Positions 37,787 to 48,234 of a stretch of 64,000 bases of DNA are shown here, one piece after another (positions within the stretch are counted from its first letter, which is position 1; each line of letters opens with the position of its first letter). The notes below the pieces were generated by a model, which did not search any database, was not told the DNA's origin, and worked only from the letters and a program-made list of their open reading frames with translations. Source of the DNA: Thermoplasmatota archaeon. GTDB lineage: Archaea; Thermoplasmatota; E2; DHVEG-1. The DNA lies in contig JALOTN010000006.1 in NCBI GenBank assembly GCA_025457885.1, positions 5,635-69,634 of the forward strand, read 5' to 3'. Both the position numbers and the translations under genes were made by a program.

Positions 37787-38158
37787 ATGCCGATGTATGT
37801 ACGATTTCAAGCATCAAAAGAACTGCAAGATTTAGCCTATGAATTGATAGAAAAGGCTCGAGATGGGGGAAAACTAGGGAAAGGCGCTAATGAAGCCACC
37901 AAGTACGTCGAACGAGGCCAGGCAAAACTCGTCATCATGGCCGAGGACGTCACCCCTGAAGAAATCCTTGCACACATGCCACTTCTCTGCGAAGAAAAAA
38001 ACATTCCATACACCTATGTTCCTAGCAAAGAAGAACTTGGGAACGCCGCAGGACTTGGGATCCCAACGAGCGCGATTGCGATCGTCAACCCAGGCCGCGA
38101 GAAAGACCTCGTGGAAAACCTTATTAAAAAACTAGAGACAGAAAAGAAGCAGGGTTAA
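37787..38158 (+). CDS. rpl7ae: 50S ribosomal protein L7Ae
   Basis: [30 protein letters not shown]...[16 protein letters not shown] 37787 preceded by AAAGGAGGCT. The tool ORF has a spurious N-terminal extension from 37697. Confidence 0.9.
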   Translation: MPMYVRFQASKELQDLAYELIEKARDGGKLGKGANEATKYVERGQAKLVIMAEDVTPEEILAHMPLLCEEKNIPYTYVPSKEELGNAAGLGIPTSAIAIVNPGREKDLVENLIKKLETEKKQG

Positions 38159-38162
38159 GCAT

Positions 38163-38375
38163 ATGGTTATCGAAGGAACCCCTTGTGAAGTCGTTGAAGT
38201 CATCGAACGAACAGGGATGGCTGGTGAAGCGTCTCAAGTCAAAGTCCGTGTCCTTGATGGGCGAGACAAAGGAAAAATCATTACCCGGAACGTCATGGGA
38301 CCCGTTCGACTTGGAGACATCCTGATGTTAAGTGAAACACAACGAGAAGCAAAAAAACTAGGTGGACCACGATAA
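38163..38375 (+). CDS. rps28e: 30S ribosomal protein S28e
   Basis: 70 aa, [46 protein letters not shown]. Confidence 0.9.
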   Translation: MVIEGTPCEVVEVIERTGMAGEASQVKVRVLDGRDKGKIITRNVMGPVRLGDILMLSETQREAKKLGGPR

Positions 38376-38388
38376 GAGGGAGACAGGT

Positions 38389-38574
38389 ATGGTCGAGAAA
38401 AGAACATGTTCATTTTGCGGGACAGACATTGAACCAGGAACAGGGAAACTCTTCGTGAAAAAAGATGGCACCTCATTATATTTTTGTAAGATGAAATGCC
38501 AGAAAAACATGTTACATCTGGGTCGTATCCCACGACGGGTACGATGGACGAAAAGTTACCTGAAAAAATCATAA
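38389..38574 (+). CDS. rpl24e: 50S ribosomal protein L24e
   Basis: MVEKRTCSFCGTDIEPGTGKLFVKKDGTSLYFC zinc-binding N-terminus. ATG 38389 preceded by GAGGGAG. Confidence 0.85.
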   Translation: MVEKRTCSFCGTDIEPGTGKLFVKKDGTSLYFCKMKCQKNMLHLGRIPRRVRWTKSYLKKS

Positions 38575-38590
38575 TCGGAACGAAAAAGAA

Positions 38591-39850
38591 ATGCATATCG
38601 AGCTGCCCTATGGGAAAGGGACGCTACCATTGGATGTCCCTGAGAAAAACCTTCTTGAAGTAGCAGTACCAAAAGAATTTATCCAACCACAGCAACCTGA
38701 GCTGATGATTCAAGAGGCGTTAAAAAATCCTTTTGGAACAAAACGACTATCCACCCTTGTCGGAGCAGGAGACACCATTGCGATTGTCATCGATGATTAC
38801 ACTAGACCCTGTCCGACTAAGATGATCCTTCCACCTGTGCTTGCTGAGTTGAAAACCGCTGGCGTCTATGACCTTGACATCCGAATCATCATCGCAACAG
38901 GGACACACACTCCCCCTTCCTCAGATGCCGTTAAGGAACTTGTCGGCGATAAGATTTTCCGCAATTACATGATTCTTTCCAATGATGCCGTACATGGAAC
39001 CCATGTGAATGTTGGAAGAACCAAACGAGGTAACGACATCGAGATTCTCAAGGACTATGTAGAAGCTGATTTTAAAATCCTTCTTGGTGACATCGAATAC
39101 CATTATTTCGCTGGATACGGTGGGACACGAAAAAGCATCCTGCCGGGGATCTCCTCGAAAAATACGATCCAACGGAACCATAGTCTCCTTTTTGAGAAAC
39201 ACTCCTGCATGGGGATGCTTAAGGAAAACCCCATCAACCAGGAGATGAATGAGGCGATGCATCTTGCGGGATGCGATTTCGCCCTCAGTGTCGTACAAAA
39301 TTCCCAGCATCGGATCGTCGGAGCCTGGGCTGGAAAACCAGAGCTTGTAATGGATGCGGGTGTCAAACTCGTCGACACCATGTATAAAAAAGAAATCGCA
39401 GTAGCACCAGATATCATCATCACCGCGGCCAATGGCCATCCCCATGACATCAACCTGTATCAAGCGATGAAAGCCATGCATACCGCGTGTCAGATCATCA
39501 AACCTCATGGCGTTATTATTCTGATCGCTGAATGCCCTCAGCACCATGGTAGCCAACTCTATATCGATTGGATGAGGAACTATAAAACGTCACAAGAGAT
39601 ACAACAAGCGTTGCGTAAGAATTTCATTATTGGTGCTCATAAAGCGTTTTACCATCGGGTGACCATCGAGAACCATCCGGTGTTTTTTATCTCAGAGATG
39701 AACACACCAGATGTAACGGAACTATTTGGTTTTAGAAAAGAAAAAACACCGAATGATGCCTTAGCACATGCATTGAAGATTTCTGGGGAGGATTCCAAAG
39801 TTCTCGTCGTCCCACAGGGGACAACAACGTTCTTACGTATTCAACAATAA
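38591..39850 (+). CDS. LarA-like protein (lactate racemase N-terminal domain / DUF2088 family)
   Basis: 419 aa. MHIELPYGKGTLPLDVPEKNL...AIVIDDYTRPCP...IIIATGTHTP matches the LarA N-terminal domain pattern. Confidence 0.5.
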   Translation: MHIELPYGKGTLPLDVPEKNLLEVAVPKEFIQPQQPELMIQEALKNPFGTKRLSTLVGAGDTIAIVIDDYTRPCPTKMILPPVLAELKTAGVYDLDIRIIIATGTHTPPSSDAVKELVGDKIFRNYMILSNDAVHGTHVNVGRTKRGNDIEILKDYVEADFKILLGDIEYHYFAGYGGTRKSILPGISSKNTIQRNHSLLFEKHSCMGMLKENPINQEMNEAMHLAGCDFALSVVQNSQHRIVGAWAGKPELVMDAGVKLVDTMYKKEIAVAPDIIITAANGHPHDINLYQAMKAMHTACQIIKPHGVIILIAECPQHHGSQLYIDWMRNYKTSQEIQQALRKNFIIGAHKAFYHRVTIENHPVFFISEMNTPDVTELFGFRKEKTPNDALAHALKISGEDSKVLVVPQGTTTFLRIQQ

Positions 39851-40034
39851 AATTTTGATGTTTTTTTCAACAAAAATGAAGAATCATTTTTCCGAATACT
39901 ATCTTATTCGTTCCAAAAACGTTTTTACAGGGAAAAAGTAACAGATACTCGATATGTATTTAGAGGAAAAAATATATAGAAAGTTTTATTAGTAATGACA
40001 CCTATGTACAATTGTTGTGTTATGGGGGAATCCT

Positions 40035-42152
40035 ATGCATAAAATAATAAAAATTGGTTTAATTATTGGTATTACTATCGCTTTTTTAACGCCAGTATCG
40101 TTAGTTATCGCTGATGATATTGAACCACCGGTCATCACCTCTATCCTCTATACACCCCATGCTGGTGTACGGACTGACCCTGGTTTCTTCTTATACCAAT
40201 CCTGCATTGTCACTGATAATGTCAGTGTCGCTGATGTGAAAATCAACATGACTGGACCAGCGGGATTTACTCCGATAAACACTACCATGACCAATGCAGG
40301 CGGGGGCAACTACTCCTATCAAGTCGATCCTGTTACCTTTTCAGGAACTTACACCTTTTTCATCTGGGCTATTGACACCTCAAACAACACTGCTCAATCA
40401 AGTCTCTATCATATGCTTGTGTTCGAAAATTATCTTCCTTATATTCATGTCGATGGGAATAACACCGTAGGCCCCTGGAATGGGACTGAGGAATATCCGT
40501 TACAGTTCATCAGTGATGCACTCGCGGTGCTTGCCGAGAACGGGACGATCTTTTTACATGCGGGAGTGTATCAGAACACGTCAATCTCTCTTGAAAAAAA
40601 CATGGTTCTCCTAGGTGAAAACCAACAGACCACTATTCTTGACGGCGCAGGGTTGACTGCGATTGAAATCAACGGGAATTATCTGGTCACCATTTCACAA
40701 CTGACGATTCAAAATGCAGGCATTGGAATCTCATTATTTAATGGAACGAATGCGACGATCTCCTCGTGTATCTTCACAAACAATCTCATCAGTGGCATCG
40801 ATCTTTATGAGTATCATAACCTCCTGGTTACGGATTGTGTTTTTCTTGATAACGCAAAAGCGATTCAGCTGACGAATGCGACGGACAATAAGATTTATCA
40901 TAACAACTTCATCAACAATCTTGTTCATGTTTCATGTCACCTCGATACCTCCTACAACATATGGGATAATGGAGTGACTGGGAACTACTGGGATAATTAT
41001 CGGTTGCTGTATCCCGCAGCCGACATCGACCCGTCAACAGGTACTTGGGACACTGCGTATGTGGTCAACGTCTCAGGGATCAATATCGATAATCACCCCT
41101 GGGTCTACCCTTCAGGATATATTGATACGATTCCACCACAGGTGACGGTTCTTTTCCCGAACGGGGGAGAAACCCTCTATGGAGAAATCACTATTCAATG
41201 GACTGCAACTGATGATCAAACCCTGGATTTGGACGGATCCATCCTCCTTGAATACAGCGCTGATAACGGCGCTAGTTGGAATACTATAGCTGCCCAGTTG
41301 AACAACACCGGGTCATATCTTTGGAACACCAGCCTTGTCTCCGATGGAGGCCTGTATCTTATTGCAGTGACTGCGATTGATGAGTTCTACAACGTTGGCA
41401 CAGATCGATCTGATGCAGTGTTCATCATCAATAACTTTGCCATGGAAACACCTGAGATCACTGGTCCTTTCCAGGGGGGAAATGGGATTCCCTTCAGCTT
41501 TACTGCTGTGGCGTATCATCCTGGTGGTGAACAGATTTACTATATCTGGGACTGGGGGGATGGCAACATTAGTGAATGGTATGGTCCGTACAACTCCAGT
41601 GTGCCGATGACGATAACGAACATCTGGGCAAATGACGGAGTCTATGATGTCCGGGTCAAAGCACGATACTCTGGTGGGAGCGAAAGCAACTGGTCCACGG
41701 TTCATCCCATGGTCGTTGCGGAACAGATTAATTTCTCCAATGTAAAACTAGGGACTATCTACTTTAAATTGTTCAATTTCAACCGTTCATTTATTTTCTC
41801 TGAATTCCTTGCTCGTATTGGGATGGTATTTATCCTTACTACCCATGAAATGGAGTTACAGGGTTATGCAACTGATGTAGTCAAAAAAGTGGACTTTCTT
41901 GCAGAAAACCAATTGAAGATTGAGACGGGGCAATTCACTGATGATGACGGCTCCGATGGGTTCTCCTGTGTGTTGAATGTAACCCGAGGAGCATATATCC
42001 TGAATATCACTGCCTATGATGCCAATGGAACCTTAGTCGATAAATATAGCCTCTTTACTGTCTTCTTCATCCGAATCGGGCGGTATGCCACAGGACTTGG
42101 CGGCGAGGGTCGCTTGCAGCGTCTCCAGGATATCCCCCGATTACGCGATTAA
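40035..42152 (+). CDS. secreted protein with parallel beta-helix (NosD/pectin-lyase-like) repeats plus a PKD-like domain
   Basis: Signal peptide IGLIIGITIAFLTPVSLVIA. Beta-helix repeat pattern NNLISGIDLYEYHNLLVTDCVFLDNAKAIQLTNATDNKIYHNNFINN. PKD-like YYIWDWGDGNISEWYGPYNSS...GVYDVRVKARYSGGSESNWS. Confidence 0.55.
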   Translation: MHKIIKIGLIIGITIAFLTPVSLVIADDIEPPVITSILYTPHAGVRTDPGFFLYQSCIVTDNVSVADVKINMTGPAGFTPINTTMTNAGGGNYSYQVDPVTFSGTYTFFIWAIDTSNNTAQSSLYHMLVFENYLPYIHVDGNNTVGPWNGTEEYPLQFISDALAVLAENGTIFLHAGVYQNTSISLEKNMVLLGENQQTTILDGAGLTAIEINGNYLVTISQLTIQNAGIGISLFNGTNATISSCIFTNNLISGIDLYEYHNLLVTDCVFLDNAKAIQLTNATDNKIYHNNFINNLVHVSCHLDTSYNIWDNGVTGNYWDNYRLLYPAADIDPSTGTWDTAYVVNVSGINIDNHPWVYPSGYIDTIPPQVTVLFPNGGETLYGEITIQWTATDDQTLDLDGSILLEYSADNGASWNTIAAQLNNTGSYLWNTSLVSDGGLYLIAVTAIDEFYNVGTDRSDAVFIINNFAMETPEITGPFQGGNGIPFSFTAVAYHPGGEQIYYIWDWGDGNISEWYGPYNSSVPMTITNIWANDGVYDVRVKARYSGGSESNWSTVHPMVVAEQINFSNVKLGTIYFKLFNFNRSFIFSEFLARIGMVFILTTHEMELQGYATDVVKKVDFLAENQLKIETGQFTDDDGSDGFSCVLNVTRGAYILNITAYDANGTLVDKYSLFTVFFIRIGRYATGLGGEGRLQRLQDIPRLRD

Positions 42153-42217
42153 AGAAGAATATTTAAATAGTAAGAAATCGAACATACCTATGAAGGAGAA
42201 ATGAGAATCATCCTCTT

Positions 42218-43318
42218 GTGGATGAAATGATAAAAAATAATATGAGGGATTATATGAAGAAAAAATATGTTAATATTCTTGTCTGTGTCGGAATGCTGTT
42301 GGCAACCTTCACTAGTTTCGGTTACCCCACTGCATCGGCACAACCTCCTGCCGTGCCTAGCGAACCAATCCCATCACCAGGGTCAAGCAGTGTCACCGTG
42401 TTTGTGGACCTGGAATGGGCTGGTGGTGAGCAGAACGTATCCTTTGATATCTATTTTGGTGTTGAAAACCCACCACCATTGGTCTTAACTGACGTCCTAG
42501 AGCCGAAGTATGAACCTGAGCGTCTTTTGTTGAACACGACGTATTACTGGCAGATTGTTTCTCATAACAGTCTCTATGAATACACCACGGGACCCATCTG
42601 GAATTTCACCACTGCGGGGAATCAACCGCCATTCAAACCAACGGTCCTTGATGGGCCTCAGAACGCTGGGAAAAATATACCCTTGGAGTTCGTGACCGTC
42701 GCCCCTGATCCGGAGGGAGACAAAGTCATGTATCAATGGGACTGGGGGGACGGCAACGTCAGTGACTGGTACGGTCCGTATGAATTCGGTGAGCAAACTA
42801 CGACAACCCATCAATGGGTTGAAAATGGAACCTATGAGGTAAAAGTACGGGCACGAGATGATTCCGGCAAACAGAGCGGCTGGTCAAAGGCTTATAATGT
42901 GACTATCCAACCTCAAGTCGAGTTATCAAACTGTAAACCAGGGTACCTTTACTTTGTGTTCTTAACCTTTGACAAAACCTATGGATATATTTACTCACTG
43001 GATCTCCTAGGTATATCCCTGATCATAAGCACCGGTGGGATGCGGGTCAATGCCATTGGCTCTGATTCTGTTCACTCCGTGGTTTTCCAGATGCAGAATA
43101 AATTTTTAGAGGACCAACGATGGAATGCGACCTCCATCAATGAAACCGGAACTGTGTATGAGGGGTACTTCTACCTCAACGACGGTCTGTATGAGACCTC
43201 CGCGTATGCCTACGACAGCGCGGGTCGCTTGATTGACCGAGCATCCCGTCAGTACGTCATCTACTATGAGTGGAAGTTCATCTTGCTTAAACAACTCCTG
43301 GGTCTTGGTGCAACCTAA
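42218..43318 (+). CDS. secreted protein with a PKD-like domain (third member of the family)
   Basis: Signal peptide ILVCVGMLLATFTSFGYPTASA. MYQWDWGDGNVSDWYGPYEFGEQTTTTHQWVENGTYEVKVRARDDSGKQSGWS. C-terminal region resembles the C-terminus of the 40035 protein. Confidence 0.55.
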   Translation: MDEMIKNNMRDYMKKKYVNILVCVGMLLATFTSFGYPTASAQPPAVPSEPIPSPGSSSVTVFVDLEWAGGEQNVSFDIYFGVENPPPLVLTDVLEPKYEPERLLLNTTYYWQIVSHNSLYEYTTGPIWNFTTAGNQPPFKPTVLDGPQNAGKNIPLEFVTVAPDPEGDKVMYQWDWGDGNVSDWYGPYEFGEQTTTTHQWVENGTYEVKVRARDDSGKQSGWSKAYNVTIQPQVELSNCKPGYLYFVFLTFDKTYGYIYSLDLLGISLIISTGGMRVNAIGSDSVHSVVFQMQNKFLEDQRWNATSINETGTVYEGYFYLNDGLYETSAYAYDSAGRLIDRASRQYVIYYEWKFILLKQLLGLGAT

Positions 43319-43375
43319 GATACCAAGAGAGAACCACTCGATGGATCGACTCCCCTACTGGAGTCTTTCCCCTGT

Positions 43376-43393
43376 TTTTTTTTTAAAAAAAAA
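43376..43393. repeat. perfect T9A9 palindrome (oligo-T on both strands), likely bidirectional terminator
   Basis: tttttttttaaaaaaaaa sits 58 nt after the 42218 gene stop. Confidence 0.6.
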
Positions 43394-43454
43394 TTGAGAC
43401 CGCTGAGAATTCTTATAGGCTTAAATACCTTAGTGTGATTCCTTTCATCATTAA

Positions 43455-43973
43455 TTGGGGGTGAAATCGATCGATGAGGTAACAATAAAAATCATCGCGA
43501 TAGAAAAAAACGATGATGTGAATTTCATTTTCGGACAAACACATTTCATCAAAACCGTTGAAGACCTGTACGAGGCGATGAAAAATACGGTTCCCAACGG
43601 AAAGTTCGGTATCGCGTTTTGCGAAGCCAGTGGAGCCTGTAAGATCCGCAGCGAGGGCAACGATGCCGCTTTACAGAAACTTGCGGAGAAAAACGCCCAA
43701 AACATCGGAGCAGGACATACCTTTCTGATTTTCATGAAGGACTGTTATCCTCTGAATGTGCTTAATGCCATCAAAAACGTCCCTGAGGTCTGCAATATTT
43801 TCTGTGCAACTGCAAATCCAACCAAGGTCGTGGTGGCCGAATCAAAACTCGGCTCAGGAACTGGTCGAGGCATCCTTGGTGTCATCGACGGATTCATCCC
43901 CACCGGTGTAGAGACCACTGAGGAGATAGCCTGGCGGAAGAACTTCCTACGGCAGATTGGTTATAAACTCTAA
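43455..43973 (+). CDS. conserved hypothetical protein (possibly adenosine-specific kinase family, PF04008-like)
   Basis: 172 aa soluble protein. Assignment is from memory of a small archaeal family and is weak. Confidence 0.3.
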   Translation: MGVKSIDEVTIKIIAIEKNDDVNFIFGQTHFIKTVEDLYEAMKNTVPNGKFGIAFCEASGACKIRSEGNDAALQKLAEKNAQNIGAGHTFLIFMKDCYPLNVLNAIKNVPEVCNIFCATANPTKVVVAESKLGSGTGRGILGVIDGFIPTGVETTEEIAWRKNFLRQIGYKL

Positions 43974-44662
43974 CGGTCATGGCCGTGTTTTCCAACCAGC
44001 GGCACAAACACACATCCACCCAGATTTCGGATTGTTTGTTTTTGATGCTCTTTTGTAAGAAGGGTAAGGTCACAGTACATATCACCGACTGGGACAAGGA
44101 GTTTTCCTGGGTCTTGTAATTGATCAATCAACGGTTGTGGAATGCGAGGGGCGGCACAAGTGACATAGATCCGATCATAGGACTGATGCGCAGGAAGCCC
44201 GCAGGATCCATCACCGACTTCCACCACCACGTTAGAACAATGGATCTGCTCAAGGTTCTGTTTAGCGGTCGCTGCCAGCGTCTGAAATCGTTCGATGGTA
44301 TACACCATGCCGGTGTTCCCAACAATGTGTGCTACGATTGCGGCATGATACCCAGAACCTGTACCAACCTCTAAAATTCTCTGGCCCTTGTGGAGGTCCA
44401 ATGCCTCACACATGATTGCGACCATATGAGGAGCCGAGATCGTCTGACCATTCCCAATGTCCAAGGGGGTGTCCACATATGCATAGGTCTTGAGAGCCTC
44501 TGGGACGAAGACTTCTCGGGGAACGTCTCGGAAAGCCTGGATCACTGCATCGGTGTGAAGATACCCTTCCGTGTGCAGTTGATTGACCAGTCGGTCTCGT
44601 TCTTGTTCAAACATATGATACTCTTTGAGTAAATGATCAAGATATATATCACCTTGCACCAT
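43970..44662 (-). CDS. pcm: protein-L-isoaspartate O-methyltransferase
   Basis: SAM motif ILEVGTGSGYHAA and post-motifs typical of PIMT. Confidence 0.85.
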   Translation of the reverse strand: MVQGDIYLDHLLKEYHMFEQERDRLVNQLHTEGYLHTDAVIQAFRDVPREVFVPEALKTYAYVDTPLDIGNGQTISAPHMVAIMCEALDLHKGQRILEVGTGSGYHAAIVAHIVGNTGMVYTIERFQTLAATAKQNLEQIHCSNVVVEVGDGSCGLPAHQSYDRIYVTCAAPRIPQPLIDQLQDPGKLLVPVGDMYCDLTLLTKEHQKQTIRNLGGCVFVPLVGKHGHDR

Positions 44663-44701
44663 TTATTTTTTATACCAAGAATCTATTTTCAGCCTTCTAT
44701 T

Positions 44702-45640
44702 ATGAAGAAACGACTGGTCATAGCGCTTGGTGGAAACGCGTTAATAAAAAAAGGTCAGAAAGGCACTATTTACGAGCAGTTCGCAAACACCCGTGAGAGC
44801 TGTCGATCGATCGTCCGGATGATCAAAGAAGGCTGGGATGTCGTCATCACCCATGGAAACGGTCCTCAAGTAGGAGCCCTTGTGCTTCAAAACCAAGCAG
44901 CAAAAGACATCACCCCGGAGATGCCTCTGGGGATCTGCGTCGCTGAAAGCGAAGGATTAATCGGTTATATGATCCAGCAATGCCTCTCCAATGAGCTGAA
45001 ACGAGAGCAACTGGAAAGACCGGTTATCGCCCTTATCACCCAAGTGATTGTTGATCCAAAGGATCCTTCGTTAGAAAACCCCACGAAACCGATCGGTCCG
45101 TATTATAATGAGGAGGAATCCCTTCGTATGCTTCACGAGGGGTACCATATGACTCGTTTACCCCGAGGCTGGAGGATTGTCGTACCCTCCCCAGACCCGA
45201 TCCGCATCGTCGAAGGTGATATCATCCGCAAGATGCTCGATGATGATATCATTGTCATCGCCTCCGGGGGTGGAGGGATGCCGGTCATCGAGAAAGAAGG
45301 CTGGGGCTTGGACGGTCTTGAAGCAGTAGTCGATAAGGATCTTGCCGCGGAACGACTCGCTGAGGCGGTCGGAGCTCAAGTCCTGCTCATCTTAACCGAT
45401 GTCGAAAAAGTGTATCTTCACTATAACACCCCTTCACAAGAACCCCTGCAGAAGGTCACCTATGATCAGATGAAACAATACTATCTTGATGGGGAATTCC
45501 CTGAAGGGAACATGGGGCCAAAGATCCTAGCAGCCTTGCGTTTCCTAGAATATGGTGGAGAACGCGTCATCATCTCAAACATCGAACAAGGCTGGGAGGC
45601 TCTTGAGGGAAAAACCGGCACCTTAATTGTCCCTAAATAA
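44702..45640 (+). CDS. arcC: carbamate kinase
   Basis: MKKRLVIALGGNAL...VITHGNGPQVG are carbamate kinase N-terminal motifs. The tool ORF has an upstream extension from 44633. Confidence 0.8.
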   Translation: MKKRLVIALGGNALIKKGQKGTIYEQFANTRESCRSIVRMIKEGWDVVITHGNGPQVGALVLQNQAAKDITPEMPLGICVAESEGLIGYMIQQCLSNELKREQLERPVIALITQVIVDPKDPSLENPTKPIGPYYNEEESLRMLHEGYHMTRLPRGWRIVVPSPDPIRIVEGDIIRKMLDDDIIVIASGGGGMPVIEKEGWGLDGLEAVVDKDLAAERLAEAVGAQVLLILTDVEKVYLHYNTPSQEPLQKVTYDQMKQYYLDGEFPEGNMGPKILAALRFLEYGGERVIISNIEQGWEALEGKTGTLIVPK

Positions 45641-45700
45641 GCCGAGGGTCTCTACACGTGTTTTTTATAAGCCTTCAATGCATATACCGCAGGTAACCCC

Positions 45701-46810
45701 ATGGATACCTCAATAGAAAAACAAATCAAAGAAATAGAAGATGAGATTTTCAAGACTCAGAAAAACAAAGCCACTGAGCATCATATCGGGAAACTCAAAG
45801 CAAAAATGGCGCGTCTTCGGGAGATGGGTGAGAAGCGAAAAAGCTCAGGCCAGAAAGGAAAAGGCTTCTCCATTAAAAAATCTGGGGATGCGACCGTCGG
45901 CATCGTCGGGTTCCCCAGTGTTGGGAAAAGCACGCTTTTAAATCAGCTCACCGCGGCGGACAGCAAAGTCGGAGATTACGATTTCACAACCTTAGAAACT
46001 ATCCCGGGGATGCTGAAATACAAGGGGGCGGAAATTCAAATCCTAGACCTCCCTGGTCTCATCGTTGGTGCATCCAAGGGGAGAGGCCGGGGGCGAGAAG
46101 TCATCTCAGCGGTCCGCAGCGTTGATCTGCTTCTCTTGATGATCGATGCATTTGACCTGCACTATCTCAACCTCATCGAAAAAGAGCTTCAGGTGGCAGG
46201 GGTGCGGATGAATCAGAAGAAACCAGAGGTCGTCATCACAAAAAAATCATATGGAGGGATAGTGGTGAACTCCACGGTTCCCCTTACGTATCTGAACGAG
46301 CTGCTTGTGAAATCCATCGCCTCTGAGTTTGTCATCAATGCAGATATCACCCTGCGGGAGGACCTCACTGAGGATCAACTCATTGATACATTTGCGCAAA
46401 ACCGGGTGTATATCCCTGCGTTGGTCGTCATCAATAAAACAGACTTAGTCGCTCCTGAGGTGTTAAAGTCCATGGTCACTCAACTGCATCAACGTCGATG
46501 GGACGTTTGTGCTATCTCTGCGAAAAACAAGCAGAACCTTGATCATCTGAAGGAACAGATTTTTTTGCATTTACGGCTCATCCGAATTTTTATGAAACCG
46601 GTGGGAAAGAAAGCTGACTATATGCAACCAATGATTCTGCGTGAAGGCGAGACGGTTGGTGACGCCTGTCGACATATCCATCGTGATTTCCATCGGAACT
46701 TCCGGTACGCCTCCGTCTGGGGTCCGTCTGCGAAACATGCAGGGCAAAAGGTAGGCCTTGAACACGTCCTGAAGGATCAGGATGTCCTGACGATCGTCGT
46801 GACAAAATAA
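45701..46810 (+). CDS. DRG/Obg-family GTPase with C-terminal TGS domain
   Basis: G1 GFPSVGKST, G3 DLPG, NKTD. C-terminal TGS-like region RIFMKPVGKK...GETVGDAC. Confidence 0.75.
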   Translation: MDTSIEKQIKEIEDEIFKTQKNKATEHHIGKLKAKMARLREMGEKRKSSGQKGKGFSIKKSGDATVGIVGFPSVGKSTLLNQLTAADSKVGDYDFTTLETIPGMLKYKGAEIQILDLPGLIVGASKGRGRGREVISAVRSVDLLLLMIDAFDLHYLNLIEKELQVAGVRMNQKKPEVVITKKSYGGIVVNSTVPLTYLNELLVKSIASEFVINADITLREDLTEDQLIDTFAQNRVYIPALVVINKTDLVAPEVLKSMVTQLHQRRWDVCAISAKNKQNLDHLKEQIFLHLRLIRIFMKPVGKKADYMQPMILREGETVGDACRHIHRDFHRNFRYASVWGPSAKHAGQKVGLEHVLKDQDVLTIVVTK

Positions 46811-46904
46811 AAACGAGTTCCTTCTATGGTTTTTTTTTATGTGATGGAAAGCTTATTTATTTGCCTTCCTGATTACCCCCTGTCGATGAGACAACAGGTG
46901 ATGA

Positions 46905-47582
46905 GTGATGTTGAAAACTCCCGCGATTGTGTTAAACGTGAAAACCTATACGGAATCCACTGGTACAAACGCTCTTGAGCTGACGAGACTCATGGGGAAG
47001 ATTGCTTCTGAGACCAATGTGAGTATGGCAATTGCAGTGCAAGCCTGTGACCTCTCCAGATGTGCTGAACTGGGTAGTATTCCTGTCTATGCACAGCACA
47101 TTGATCCGATTAAACCCGGAAGTAGTACTGGGTGGACGTTACCAGAGGCGGTTAAACAAGCTGGAGCAGTCGGCACGCTGATTAACCATAGTGAGCATCG
47201 GTTGATTCTTGCGGACATCGACACCTGCATATTGCGTGCGAAGGACCTTGGGTTAGAGACCCTTGTCTGTACTAATAATGTGGCGACCTCCAAAGCAGTC
47301 GCTACTTTTTCACCTGGGTTGCTTGCGGTGGAGCCTCCGGAGCTTATCGGTGGGGACATCTCGGTAACTACTGCAGACCCAGGTATCGTCAGTAACACCG
47401 TCCAAGCTGTTCGAAAAATCAACAGTTCCGTAAAAATCCTCTGCGGCGCTGGGGTGAAAAACGGAAAAGATGTGTCTAAAGCAATTGAGCTTGGTGCCGA
47501 TGGTGTGCTTCTCGCCAGTGGTGTGGTCAAAGCAAAAAACAAAGAAGAGGTCCTTCGGGATTTAGCCGCAGGCATTTTTTAG
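46905..47582 (+). CDS. tpiA: triosephosphate isomerase, archaeal short type
   Basis: 225 aa, with INHSEHR and the catalytic Glu region LLAVEPPELIGG. Confidence 0.8.
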   Translation: MMLKTPAIVLNVKTYTESTGTNALELTRLMGKIASETNVSMAIAVQACDLSRCAELGSIPVYAQHIDPIKPGSSTGWTLPEAVKQAGAVGTLINHSEHRLILADIDTCILRAKDLGLETLVCTNNVATSKAVATFSPGLLAVEPPELIGGDISVTTADPGIVSNTVQAVRKINSSVKILCGAGVKNGKDVSKAIELGADGVLLASGVVKAKNKEEVLRDLAAGIF

Positions 47583-47586
47583 AATA

Positions 47587-48234
47587 TTATGCTTCTTTGA
47601 GCTGTCTGATGGCCGTCCGATAATCTTTGCTATGGAAGATGAAGCTTGCTGCAACTAGGACATCAGCCCCGTTCTGTTTCACTAGCCTGGCGTTTTGATT
47701 ATTGATTCCGCCATCGATTTGTAAGTAGATCTTCTTGTGTGTGCGTTGAATGGCTTCATACGCCTGCTTAAGCTTGGGGACCATCTCAGGGATGAAACGC
47801 TGACCTGAAAAACCAGGGTGAACCGACATGATCAATACCAGGTCGACCTCAGGGAGTAGCATGCTGATTTCCTCAAAGGAGGTCTCTGGGTTTATCGAAA
47901 TCCCTGCCTTACCTCCACCTTCCTTGATATGACGCAGGATCGGGACAGGGTCTGCGTTAGCCTCTTTATGAATGGTGATAAGGTCAGCACCCGCTTTCAA
48001 GAAGGCATCGACATACTTTTCCGGATGTTGTATCATCAGATGACAATCCAGGAACAGAGTGGTTTTTTTCCGTATGTTTTCAACCACCACTGGCCCAATT
48101 GTGATGTTTGGGACGAAATGACCATCCATGACATCGATGTGAAGCCATTCTGCCCCTGCATCAGCGACTGCTGTGATTTCCTCTTGGAGTCTTGTAAAAT
48201 CCGCAGATAGAATCGATGGAGCGACAATCACCAT
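47587..48234 (-). CDS. rpe: ribulose-phosphate 3-epimerase
   Basis: APSILSADFTRL, HIDVMDGHFVPN, MSVHPGFSGQ. Confidence 0.85.
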   Translation of the reverse strand: MVIVAPSILSADFTRLQEEITAVADAGAEWLHIDVMDGHFVPNITIGPVVVENIRKKTTLFLDCHLMIQHPEKYVDAFLKAGADLITIHKEANADPVPILRHIKEGGGKAGISINPETSFEEISMLLPEVDLVLIMSVHPGFSGQRFIPEMVPKLKQAYEAIQRTHKKIYLQIDGGINNQNARLVKQNGADVLVAASFIFHSKDYRTAIRQLKEA

